Part shown: piece after piece, positions 35,378 to 46,774 of the stretch
Position numbering within the stretch: position 1 is the first letter of the stretch
Layout of the letters: the number at the start of each line of letters is the position of its first letter
Origin: Vitrella brassicaformis CCMP3155
Lineage: Eukaryota > Protista > Chromerida
Length of the DNA stretch: 64,000 bases
Assembly: GCA_001179505.1 (NCBI GenBank)
Contig: CDMY01000220.1
Location: forward strand, 62,001 to 126,000
Reading direction: 5' to 3'
Notes under the pieces: model-generated
The model's database searches: none
What the model was told of the DNA's origin: nothing
What the model saw: only the letters and a program-made list of their open reading frames with translations
Translations under genes and position numbers: made by a program

Positions 35378-36039
35378 GGGTGAGTGAGTGAGTGCATTTG
35401 TGTGGGTGTGTCTGTCTGTCTGTCTGTCTGTCGATGGTCGTCGTGGCAACGCTCTCGATTTGTCCAGAAGAGTGGGTCCGATGCGACACTCTAGACAATG
35501 GTCCCGTGCGTGGTCAGTTCTGTGCGGGAGAGTGAGCTGAGTGCGTTTGCGTGTGCGCGCATGGATGCGTCCATGGTGATCTCTCAGAGACGGACCGGCC
35601 GCACAACCCACCACAACACAACACACCCACACACATGGCATGGTTGTCCCCACTGCCCCCCTCTGTGTGTTTTTGACCTACTAACTGGCTGACTGGGTGG
35701 GTGGCTGACTGGCTGAGTTTGTGTCTGCGTCACGACAGCGAGAGCTGCGTATCTGTATGTACCAACCAAGCGGGCGGGCAATATGTAGTGGAGTCTGCAG
35801 AGGGGGCGATTTTTTGTTCGACTGACGTTGGCAGTGCGAGCAAAGAGAGAAAGAGAGAGAGAACGGGCGAGCGGCTGCCTCGTGCGACCGGGAGGGGGGG
35901 GGGCTAGAGGAGGGGGAGCTGAGGGTGTATGTATGTGTTCGTCGATCGCACATGGCGGGGGCGGCCTCCATACATATCTATCTCTCTCCATGACATACCT
36001 GTACACTGGCTCGAATCTGTACATTGGTTGGTTGGCACC

Positions 36040-36161
36040 ATCTGTCAGTGTCACTGCTGTCTGCTGTGGAGATGCGTAGCGTCTGATGGCTGATCGGATC
36101 AAGATCTCGATCAGTGTCCGTCGCTACGCATCCCCACCGGAGGCAGCAATGACGCTCAGAT
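36040..36161. repeat. Intergenic imperfect inverted repeat (~120-nt fold-back)
   Basis: gatgcgtagcg (36071-36081) pairs with cgctacgcatc (36122-36132). Inner arms are ctgatcg/cgatcag. Outer arm atctgtcagtgtcactgctgtct matches the reverse complement of aggcagcaatgacgctcagat. Confidence 0.8.
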
Positions 36162-36712
36162 ACAGCACAGCCAGGGGGCAACGTTGCGTGCAGCGAGGGT
36201 TTTGGGGTGGCTGGTTTTCACCACCGACTCGCGGCCGCCTCTGTGTGCGTCACTGTATCCTCATCGCAGTGCTTATTGTGTAATCTACCTGTCTGTGCGC
36301 CGCTCCACGAGCTGGCGTGATGCTCTGCAGACCCTATTGATACACCGCACCCATGGGTCACACGGCCCTTCTCTGCATACAGCTGCGTTTTTTTCCTCTG
36401 CCTTGCCCATTCACTCATTCACTCACGCGCGTGCCCTTGGATGCTCCGATTGGTTTGGTGGCGGGGGGTGGGGTGGGTAGGTGTCTTACTACTGCCTGCC
36501 AGTGGATGCACGACACAGTGGATGGTGGACGTATTGTACAGATGCCGTGGATGGATGGATGGATGGATGGATGTGGTGGTGGTGGTGAAGCGAGAATTGG
36601 TGGTGTGAGATCTGCATGACAGTATTTAAACACTGCAATTGAATGATTTGTGTCATCCACACTCTGGCCCACAATTTCGTCCTGCGGGCTTCGCCGGGCC
36701 GAATGCAAAAGT

Positions 36713-38441
36713 ATGACTGCTAGCGGCCACGTGTGGCTGCTGCACACTCTCCTGCTGGGTGTGTCGCGTGGGCTGGAGCTGCCCCGCTTCCCTGATGGCT
36801 CGCCATGGTTGGTTCAAGCCGTTGCCCCTCGTCAACCCCGCCCCCGTTTCTCTCCTTGATGTATTTTCGACAGGAATGAGGACGTGACCAATGCAGCTGT
36901 GCACCCTGACAGCGCCAAAATCATCAGCTGGCTGTCAAGCGCAGGCGGCTGGGGGAACAACAACCTCTTCCAAATCGGTCGATTGCAGCACATACGTCAA
37001 AGCGAATGTCGATTGCAGCAGTCACTATGTGTTCTGACCGACTTGCGTTCCGTTGGTGCAGATTGGTCGATGACGTTGCTACAAGTGGGCTGCAACGATG
37101 TCACGGAAGTACCATTTGTGCCCAAGAAAGACTACTACGAGGAAGCATGCGACAATGTCGACGGAGTGCCGCTGCCCGCTGACGGCTCAGGGGCGCTAGA
37201 GAGCGGCGAACGCACATGGAAGGAAGGCTGCAGTGGCGACTGCCATCTGCTGGTGTGCACACGTGTGTCATACAGCGACGGGCGCAATGCATGGAAGAGG
37301 GAATGAAAAATCAGACACGCCTGTGTGTGTGTGTGTGTGTGTGTGTCTAGGTGCATGACACTTCGAGGGATCTGCTGTACGAGAGCTGGGACACCGACGT
37401 GACGCTAGATGCATCCAAGAAAGTCACACAAGGTGAGAGAGACAGGCACATCGATACCATGCGCCCAGCAATGTAACGTCTGTGTCTCTTCCCTCCCTCC
37501 CTCCCTCCCTCCCTCCCTCGTGTGTGGCAAGTAAGTGACCAGCACGTGTCTAGTGGTGTGGAATGTGTCGCATCTCTATCCGCCCGACGGCCGTGGGGAC
37601 GGATGCACCTCAGCCGACGCTGCGGGATTTCCCATCGCTCCACTGCTGTTCACTGCCGACGAGATCGAGAACGGTTCTATCGACCACGCCATCCGATTCA
37701 TCCTGCCCAACAACAGAATGCGCGCTGGTGTGATGTCCTCTGACTGACCGACACACACGCATGGGTAGTTGGGGCGATGTATATGTGCACACAGGTACCT
37801 ACATGCATCCAGCGAGCCACTATGGCGGCCCCCAGGCCACTGATGAGGACTCGGTCGTCTACGGCAGCAGATTTCGCCTCAAGGCCGAGTACGACATCAG
37901 CGGCTACAAGCAGGGCGCACAGGTGGTCCTCCGAGCACTCAAGAAGGTGGGTCTCACACCAATCAACAGACATCGATGACAGAAGGATGGCTGGACATGC
38001 GTGTCTCTCTGCGTGTGTGTGCAGTATGGCATGCTGTTGTCTGACGGGGGGAATATTGCTCTCACTGCTCTCAATGATGACTACTCGGGCTACCAGGGCG
38101 CCAAGTACGCTGCTTCTGGCTTCGGCACACGAGACCTCCATGGCTTGCTGCCAGTGGTGAGTTCACACAGCACATCACACACGGACCCAGCTTGAGATGC
38201 GTGCCACGCATGTCACGACATGCTTCAGGACTTTGAGATGCTGGATGGCACACTTAAAGGGCCTTTCAACAGCCGGCCAGCTTGTGAGCGCAATGACATC
38301 CCACTCGACCTGCAGGCCCCGTGCTTACCAGACAATGGCCAGGGGGATGATGGGTCAACGCCCACACCCACACCCAATGGAAATGACGGTGAGCAAACGA
38401 AAAAGGAAGAAAGACGCTTCTTTTCTCATTGTCTTTTCTGA
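36713..38441 (+). CDS. Secreted protein of a bacterial-type uncharacterised family (TSADAAG motif), with spliceosomal introns
   Basis: Signal peptide MTASGHVWLLHTLLLGVSRG. Spliced motifs FPDGSPWNEDVTNAAVHPDS, GGWG...FQIDWS, GDCHLLV, LYESW, RGDGCTSADAAGFPIAPLLFTADEI..GSIDHAIRFILPN, YGSRFRLKA.YDIS, ALKKYGMLLSDGGNIALT and DFEML. Confidence 0.8.
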
Positions 38442-38851
38442 ATGGATTCATCGGTCCAGGCAGCACCCAACCGCCGGAAAAGGACAGTAGTAGTGTCTCG
38501 TCGCGTGTGGGTAGCGCTGGGTGGGTAGCGACAATCGTCCTGGGATGGTGGGCTCTGCACTGCCTTCATTAGTTAGCTCCTGCAAATGGACGGTTCCCGG
38601 GTAGGGGAGGGGGGATTTATTTCTACATAGGGAGGTGGAACAACCTGAGACACTATTCACCCATGCTAGCCCACGACGCAGCAATCGACGCACGACAAAC
38701 GCCATGCAGCTTGCCACCCCATAGATCCCGAGGAGGACTCTCGACCGAGGAAAGGGGAGGAGACAGACTCGGAGACGCCGGGAAACCATGGTGGGGGCGC
38801 CCCGGGCCCGATCAAGAGCACGGGAATCAGACTCTGCTTCATCCTTTGACA

Positions 38852-40525
38852 ATGCCAGCCATTCCTTTTTCCCCTGCAGTGGCCCTGTTGGTTTCGACGG
38901 CCTCGTTGCTTTGCCTTTGCAATGGCAGCTTCGAGTTGAAGGATCATCGGGGTAAGGCACGTGGGCCAAAATACGGCGTTCCTTCTTCCAGGATCAATGA
39001 GTGATGCCTGCCTGCCTACAGGGCAAAATGACACGTGTCCCGTGATGTGGAGGTGAGGTAGCTGCGGCCGATCTAGTCGGGGCTACGCACTTTAATGGAA
39101 GGGCCTTCACTGCCTGTGTGTCTGTGTGAGGTATCTGGACTGCCCCATGAGGACTGCGAAATCATGTGGAGCCAAGGAATCCAAAATAACGCTTACTAAG
39201 TACGCATCCATGCAGACAGATGCGCTCATTGAAGGGAATCCGGTTTGCGTCTTGCAGGGACGGTGAAGAGAGGAGCATTCCTGAGTACAACTCCGAGCTC
39301 TGCCGATGCGGAACGAGCCGAAAGACAGGGCAGTACGGATGCCACGTAAGCAGCTGGCACTTGCACAGGCCTCTATCTGTATATTCTTGTGTGTTCGCTG
39401 CGCAGCTGGAGAGCGACCTGACGTCCGCCTCTCCGCCTTCGCACGATACCTGCCCCTTCATGGATCACGTGAACACATGCGCTGCTGGTGAGGTTGGCTG
39501 AGACACACACGCTGTGCAAAACATAGCTTTGCGCTGATGCATGTGTCCACACGGGCGTGGCGCTCAGATTCGAGCAGGAAAGCCCTCTGCGGCGCGGACC
39601 GATCTTACACGAAGGCCGGGTGAGTTCTTTGTGCCTGTCTCCAGGGAGACACGTGGATATCATGGTTTCATGTCTCTCTGACGTATGCAGCAAGGAGCTG
39701 CCCGACCACCTGTCCGGCGACCCGTGTCACTGCGGCACACACAAAGAAACTGGCGAGTACGGCTGCCATGTCAAGAATGATCTCGCCACACCAAGCCCCT
39801 GTGAGATGACCATCCCTGGCGAGTGCTCTTCCTCTGATACGCCTTGTAAAGACATCAAGGGAGAAGTGCCAGATGGTACGGGTGGATGAATGGATGGCTG
39901 CAAACGTGGATTCGCTCATGCGTGAATGTGGCTGTCTACGAATGCAGAGACGGTCGAGGTCGAGTGCGTGTGCGGCCGATACCCCCCTGTCTACGGCACT
40001 GTTGGATGCTGGGTGGGTGAATGGGTTGGTGGGTGCAGGAAGGGGGTCCGCATTCATCGTATGCATGTGCACGCGGATGTATGTGCGTCGTGTGCGCAGC
40101 CCAAGACGTGGGTGAACAAGAGCTTTGCCCCGGGCGCTCGCAAATGGAGGCCCGTCAAGTTCCCTCGTATACGCAGTCACACACACACGCAAAGGATCGA
40201 TAACACTGTGCTTTGTGTGCACATGTTGTGCTGGATGTGCTTGCAGACAGCCAAGGACGTCCTCTGGTGTCACCTCCTTGACTGTCCTTCCTGGACAGCA
40301 ACGACAACCACAGTATGTACGTCCGTGAACATATCAATGATGCATTCGTTTGGGTATGTAAGTGTGCTACATGTGTGTGTATATTGCTGCAGACCCATTC
40401 GATCGGACAAGAAAGAGTGCGGACCTTTAGACAGACCCACGGGCCCGCCCAGAATGTCTTCGTTGTTTTTGCTCACATACGCCGTATATGAATGTGTGAG
40501 AGACACAAAGGAACACACCAGCTGA
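38852..40525 (+). CDS. Secreted multi-exon protein with CxCG...GxxGCxV repeats, function unknown
   Basis: Signal peptide MPAIPFSPAVALLVSTASLLCLCNG. Exons contain LCRCGTSRKTGQYGCHV, PCHCGTHKETGEYGCHV and ECVCGRYPPVYGTVGCWV. The exon chain is only partly resolved. Confidence 0.55.
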
Positions 40526-41318
40526 GACATGAACTTGGTTGACCTTTGAGAACATGCATTTCACACACATGAATTACGTCGAACCGTCCTACGCCATCCA
40601 ACGGACATCCCCTCTCCCACGCCCCATCCCCACCCACCCCCACCACGACGACCTACTCCATCGGGGTGCCGGTGTCAGTCAGAGTGGGGGGAGGGCGACG
40701 ATGGCTGGTTCGCCAGCAGTTTTATCAACTGGGACCTGGCGTATTGGGAGAGGAGAGGGAGCGGCAGTGCGGGGGGTGAGGAGCGCATTTGTCCACTGCC
40801 CCGCCCCCTCTTCCGTCTGAAGGGACGGAGGGAGGGAGGGAGGGATGGTTATCAGACACACACATACACACTCTCTCTCTCTCTCGATCTCTCGATCTCT
40901 CGATCTCGATAGCACTGGGAGGGTTGAGGGTATCGGGCAACCGGCAGCAGAGTAGGATTGGCGCTTATTGGTGGGCGGGTGAGGGGTGTGTGTGTGTGTT
41001 GAATCGATGTGTGTAGAGCTACATGATGGTCGTTTTGACTCCTTGTCTCGCCTGCCTAGTCTGGCTGATGGAGGGTGAGATGGGCGACGAAGGGCCATCC
41101 ATCCATCCATCCATCTGTTTTGTGTGCGGATGGACGCATGTTTGTGCATATGAATGGGGCTGAGTGTGTGTGTGAGCGTGTGTCTGAGACTTCCCTCCTC
41201 TCGATTCACGCATCGATCAGATTGCACCAACCGCATGTCGTCCTTTTCTCATGTATCGCGATCGGTTGGTCAGTGCAGAAAGGATCTACACATACACACC
41301 ATCAGCACGCCGACTCTA

Positions 41319-42674
41319 TCACAGCCTTGACTGCATACCCCCGGCCACCACAAGGCACTCCCCAGTGACATACGCCGCGTCACACGAACACAGGAATGCG
41401 GCCGGCCCTGAGCGCAGGAAGGAGACCAACAAACGACACCCATGACACACACGCCGACCGTCCACTCAGCTCACCGCATTGCCTACCAGCGATATCATCC
41501 GCTTCGGCGAGGCGCTTGAGGAACGTCCTCTGTATGGAAATGTCGGCCGTCGAGTCCTCCTCCCACACTGGTTGATTGCAACACACACACATGGACACGC
41601 CGAACAGTGTCTGCAGGCGATCTGAGTGATTGCATGTGTGAGTCCCTCACGTGCCGACGAGAATCGTGTCTTGACGACGCCAGGTGCGATGCAGTTGACG
41701 CGGATGCCCCGCTCACCAAGCTGCACACACACACGCCACACCAAGCCACGCCAACCATCGGTTGGGAAAGCAAAGACAGGCACACCTGATGGGCGAGTGC
41801 CTTGGTAAGGCCCAGCAGGGCCGTCTTGGTGACGCCGTAGATGGCTATCGGGTCGGCCGGCTGGAAGGCCAGATAGGACGACACAAACAAGATCGAGGCG
41901 CCATCCGCCAGATGAGGCACCGCATCCTGGATCAGGAAGAAACCTATCAGCAAAGCATACATACCGACAGTCAGCTGGACGCGACTCGTGTCTGTCTGTC
42001 TATCAGGTTGTCTGCTCACTGCTTTTGAGGTTGGTTTCCATCATTTTGTCGTATGCCGTCTCGTCTGTATCCAACACGGAACCCATAGCGGTTGACGCTG
42101 CGGCGTTGGACACCAACACATCGATGCGACCCTTCCTGCACACACACATTCATTGGTTCATTCATTCGTTCATTTATGGAGAGATTCGCGAATCTGTGCA
42201 TATATCCACCCACGCACCATTCGACAGCAGCTTGCACCAGGCGTTGCCTGTCCTCCCTCTTGGCCACATGGCAGGCCACCCCCCTGACGCTCAGGCCCTC
42301 CCGCTGCAGAGCCACCACTGCCTCGTCAACGTTCTTGGCTTTGCGAGAACTGATGACCACGTCGGCACCCTCCTGAGCCAGCCGCCTCGCAATGACGTAG
42401 CCGATGCCTGCGAGAACCAACAGCACAGCACAAACGAGGCCACGGCAATCGATGGGTCTGCCTCTGTCCGTGTTGCACGTGTGCATGTGTTGTCCTTACC
42501 AGCTGTGGATGCTGTGACGATTGCCAGCTTGCGCCTGCACCACACGAGGCGCAACACACGCTGTCCATTTCTCACGCAGCACAGCCACGAGGAGGTGCAC
42601 ACACGAAAGCAGTTCTCAAACGTGATCTCATCTAACCTGAATCGGCTGCAGTTGCAAGCGCTGTTGGTCTGCAT
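41319..42674 (-). CDS. DHRS4: Peroxisomal short-chain dehydrogenase/reductase, DHRS4-like
   Basis: [44 protein letters not shown], catalytic YGVTK, GIRVNCIAPGVVKTRFS, and C-terminal YVTGECLVVAGGMQSRL* ending in a PTS1 (SRL). Confidence 0.92.
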
Positions 42675-42700
42675 CCCCAACGAAGAGGAAAAGACTGCCA

Positions 42701-42708
42701 AGCTCGCA
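42701..42708 (-). promoter_or_regulatory. TGCGAGCT candidate element upstream of DHRS4
   Basis: Exact 8-mer, about 27 nt before ATG 42674. Confidence 0.4.
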
Positions 42709-43008
42709 AGTGGTTGTGATCGAATTCATCACCCTTGATGAGGACGAGTGAAGCCGACATAATGGGATGCACTCATGTTTCATTGAGTGTAGGACCGTCT
42801 GTATATGGACAAGTACTGCATGCATACAGCCGGATGCATGCGGACGCTCCCGCCCCTCTGCTATGCTGCGCTCACTCACGGATCGCAAGCTTGGTCAGAT
42901 CCGAACTCGATCCGAAAGTGGAGTCAGGAGAGCAAAGTTGGCAAGAGAGCCGACCATTACAAGCACACCTAGCTATCCGATCGCACCGATAGTTCCCCAG
43001 CTGACCCA

Positions 43009-44743
43009 TCACGGCCTGCCTGCACCGAAGTATCCCCCCTGTGTGAGGACTGATGGGTCGGTGGTGAAGCCCAGCCCACCGCCAGGCCCACCCACCCCCC
43101 TGCTGCTGCCACTGAACGCACTGCTGGCCTGGCTGAGGACGTTGGCGTGCTCTTTGGTGGCCACTGTCATGCGCCACACGGCCGAGAGGGCCTCCGACTG
43201 CTTGGCCACCAGCTCCAGAAACGACGTCAGAGACGAGTACGATTCATCTGATGGAAGGCGAGAGAAGGGGAGAGAGGGAGATTGGAGGGGCGAGCGGCGG
43301 TTTCGTTGGTCGCTCACCTTCGTTCCTCTTGAGTTTTGTGCCCTGTTCGTTCTTCTGGCCCGTGAGCACCTGGACGCTCTTCCGCAGCACCATGACGTGG
43401 TTCTGTCCATCAGGAAACGAAACACAGAAACGAATGCGTTGCGTGTAGTGTAGTGTGTCGTGTGGTGTGGTCGGTGGTGGCTTGATCCTTACCGCTATGT
43501 CGGCCGGTTGCTGGACCTTGGTCTCGAGTTTGGCGTAGTCGTCAGCCAGCGATTGCTGCAGGCATACAAGACACACACATTTCGGCTGCCGATGGATGGA
43601 TGGCTTCATCGTCGCTTACTTACCTCAGCTTGCCGGTTGTGCAACACGTTGCCCTGCGATTCGGCGAAGGCTGCACGCAACACTCATACAAAGCAGCATC
43701 AGACGCGCACTGAGATGGGGCAAGTCCCTCCAGACGGATGGATGGATGGATTGATGGATGGATGGATGGATGGCTGCGCCGCCCTGACCTTCTAGCTGTG
43801 TGTGGACTTTGGTGAGGAGGTTGGAGATGGCCATGTGCCGCTGGCGATTCTCCTCCAGCTGACGCAGAGCGGTACAGATACACAGGAACACAACACAACA
43901 CAACACAGCACAGCACAGCACACGTGCATGTCTTGGCCCGTGGATGTGTGTGCACCTTTGACTGACTGACTGACTGACCGACTGACCAGTCTGAGTGTCT
44001 TTGTGGTGAACCCCAGCTCCAAGTCCTGCAGACGCTTCTTCTGCTTCTGCATCCACACACGCAATACCACCGAGATGCGTACATGTCCATGTGTGTCCCT
44101 CCCTGGCTGCCATGGGCTGGCTGCTCGCTCACCGCTTCCTCTTGCAGCACCTGCTCCGTCATGGACTTGGCTTGGTTGAACTGACAAGACACGCACGGGT
44201 CGACACACACAAAGCAATGCAACCACATATAGCGCCCTTCCCTCGCCTCTCTGCCTGCCCATTACTGCCTGAATCTGACTCGTTCGTTACCCGCTGCTCG
44301 AGCTGTTCGAACCCATAGATGACGTCGGGGTGAATCCTGCACACACGCACACGAACGCGGGCGTCATGATGCATGTGTTGCCGGTGTGTCATCGTGGCTC
44401 ACTCGTTTGGGTTTGGGTTTCCCTGCACGGCTCTTGACCACTTGTCGGGCGCCAGCTGAATGGCGTCCGGCAGGCCCTGCAGCTTCTGCTGCAGCACCTG
44501 CTTGTTGGTCTGGTATGTGTAGCTGTAGGCGAGGAACCGGGGGTTGGGACGCTCAAGGGCGGTCTTCCTGGTCTCTATCTCCCTCATGTACTGCTGCTGC
44601 GCCTCGTTCTGCTGGCTGGTCATGCCCAGCTGCCATGGCTGCTGCTGACCCATGACTCCCATCTGCATCTGGCCTCCAAAGAGGGATGGAGCCTGCTGCT
44701 GCTGCTGCTGCTGCTGCTGTTGTTGCTGGAAACCGCCAAACAT
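43009..44743 (-). CDS. NUP54: Nucleoporin Nup54/Nup57-like
   Basis: N-terminal FGG/polyQ region, RPNPRFLAYSY, KWSRAVQGNPNPN...PDVIYGFEQLEQRV (Nup54 signature), then coiled-coil exons. Confidence 0.8.
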
Positions 44744-45358
44744 CGCGCGAGTAAGTGGAAAGGGTGAAACCCGAACCCTATGGACCGAACCCTATGGATG
44801 GATGGATAGAGACACATACGCCACGCATTCAAGCAAATCGATCGATGCATCTGTCCATTGTAGAGATACAAAAAGTCTGATTGGCTGAAAATAAGATCAT
44901 ACACAAGTCCGATTCTCGCCGACAGGGCGGCCAAATGAACAAACGATGACACATCAGAGGCAGAGGCACATACACACACACACACGCGCACAAGACCGAA
45001 AGCACACGATAGGGCTCTGATTTGCCCTTCTCATTTCCACTCGGCTACTCGTACGGAAACAAATAACAACTGACTGCAGACAAATGAATAGGAGAAGTCT
45101 ATCTGTCTGACAGAGATACTTCTTCTGTCTGCCCTCCACAACCGCACAAATACACCACAATATCTCACTCAACGAACGCAGTGTGCGGGGCTCTCACCCC
45201 GCATACACACATACACAAGTACGCAACCACAGATATTCGACATGAAACTGAACTGAGCCAACTCGACAGACAGACAGACAGGCACCACGAAGCACACCAT
45301 TCCCCTCCCATGAATTATCAGCCAGAAGCTTGTTGAGTATGGACTGTGACCTCCGCAC

Positions 45359-46575
45359 CTACGGTGCCATGAGCCCCTCCATCGCTTTTTGGATGGCCTC
45401 GATCGGACCGTGCGATGCCTCCTGCTCGCCACTGGGACCGCCCTCAAGACGACCGACGCGCCCGAGCACACTCTCCATCGTCTTCATGAGGTCCTGGATG
45501 ACCCCCATCTGCGTGTAGACCAGCTGCGTCAGGTCGATGGTCGCGATCTCCCCGGCCTCAGTCTCCGCCCCGAGCGCACCGGCTTCCAACGAGCTAACGG
45601 CCCGTGGGAAGAGCTCCTGGACCTCAGCGGCAACCAGGCCGAGGGTGTCGCCGTCGGTGCGCACATTGAGCTGCCGGAAAGCCGCATAGGCCGCCGACCG
45701 GTTGTGATCGTCCCACTCGGCAATGGATGCAGAGGGCTGTTCGCTGTCGAGGCTGTGGACCTCTAAGGCACCAGCAGACACGCGCCTGCGTACATCCAAA
45801 CCGTTGCACCAGCATTTAAGTTGAGCACGGAAGGAATAACCGTCAAAATTCGAACCAATATTCTCATTGCCAAGCCCTATGCCTGCATGGTCGAACAAAG
45901 CACCAACGAAACAGACCGGGATGTGGAGTGACCTAGCCAGCTACATGACAGCCTTAGGGCTTACGAGTCGCACGCATGTCACCCGCCTCCGTTTGACCCA
46001 ACCGCATGCCCACTTCTTCGCCAGGGACGCCAAGCGCGAGGCCTGCATGGTCGAACAAAACAACAGACCGGGATGTGGAGCTCGAGTGAGCTAGCCAGCT
46101 ATGTGACAACCTTAGGGCTTACGATTGGCTGTCACTCCATCACTGATGACGGCACTTGGGGCTCTCACACTATTTTGTGCATGGACTTCACCGACGCCCA
46201 CCACAGTAAGATTCACATTGCCTGCGATGACGGCCCAATCGGCTTTCACATTGTTGTCCGCAACCTGCATCCATCCATCCATACGTGCAGCGCAACACAC
46301 ACAGATGTACGCAGTGGTGGGGGTGGTTGGGTGCCCATTCACCCACCACATCGCCATTTGCCACACTCCAATCAGGGTCTTTAGCAATGATTTCTAATCG
46401 ACACACACAGACGAAACAGATGTGGATAGAGGTTGGCTGGCTGTAGATGGCTGCTGCTTCTTACTGTCACAGCTGTTCCGATTCTCAGGGTTGCAGGCGG
46501 CGCATCCGTACGGGACGGATCCGAGGGCGAGGCAGCGGCAAGGAGGAAAGAAAGACGAAGGGAGGCTGACGACAT
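45359..46575 (-). CDS. Putative secreted beta-repeat fibre protein with a C-terminal peptidase-S74-like (intramolecular chaperone) domain
   Basis: C-terminal LGLVAAEVQELFPRAV...IDLTQLVYTQMGVIQDLMKTMESVLGRVGRLE matches the S74/ICA pattern. It is preceded by short V/A/G-rich beta repeats (VTANRLALG, MRATRIGLG) and an N-terminal MSSASLRLSFLLAAAS. The first two exon junctions are uncertain. Confidence 0.65.
45883..46122 (-). repeat. Two near-identical phase-1 introns (46043-46122 and 45883-45964) flanking a 78-nt exon
   Basis: On the minus strand both read gtaagccctaagg.tgtca..tagctggctag.tcac...tccacatcccggtctgtt...tttgttcgaccatgcag. Splicing both gives one continuous ORF. Confidence 0.9.
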
Positions 46576-46677
46576 GGTGCGTGACTTCGAAATGGAGGAG
46601 GGCAGCAGGAGATACCAGCGGTAACGGACCCGTTACGGTCTGCCCTATGATAGGGCAAGAATTGAAACCGATCTCTG

Positions 46678-46685
46678 AGCTCGCA
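46678..46685 (-). promoter_or_regulatory. TGCGAGCT candidate element upstream of the S74-like gene
   Basis: Exact 8-mer, about 100 nt before ATG 46575. Confidence 0.3.
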
Positions 46686-46774
46686 TGGACAAATCGGTCA
46701 AAAGGCAGCTGACGAATTATTCACCTATCCACTGAGTCATTCACGCACTCGTTCCCCATCCGTCCATGTATCAG

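Noticed and set aside
45883-46122. ~80-nt repeats separated by a unique 78-nt segment as a CRISPR-like or LTR structure; embedded TTAGGG as a telomeric seed
   Set aside because: The repeats have GT...AG ends on the minus strand and splice into an open frame, so they are introns. A single TTAGGG hexamer is expected by chance.
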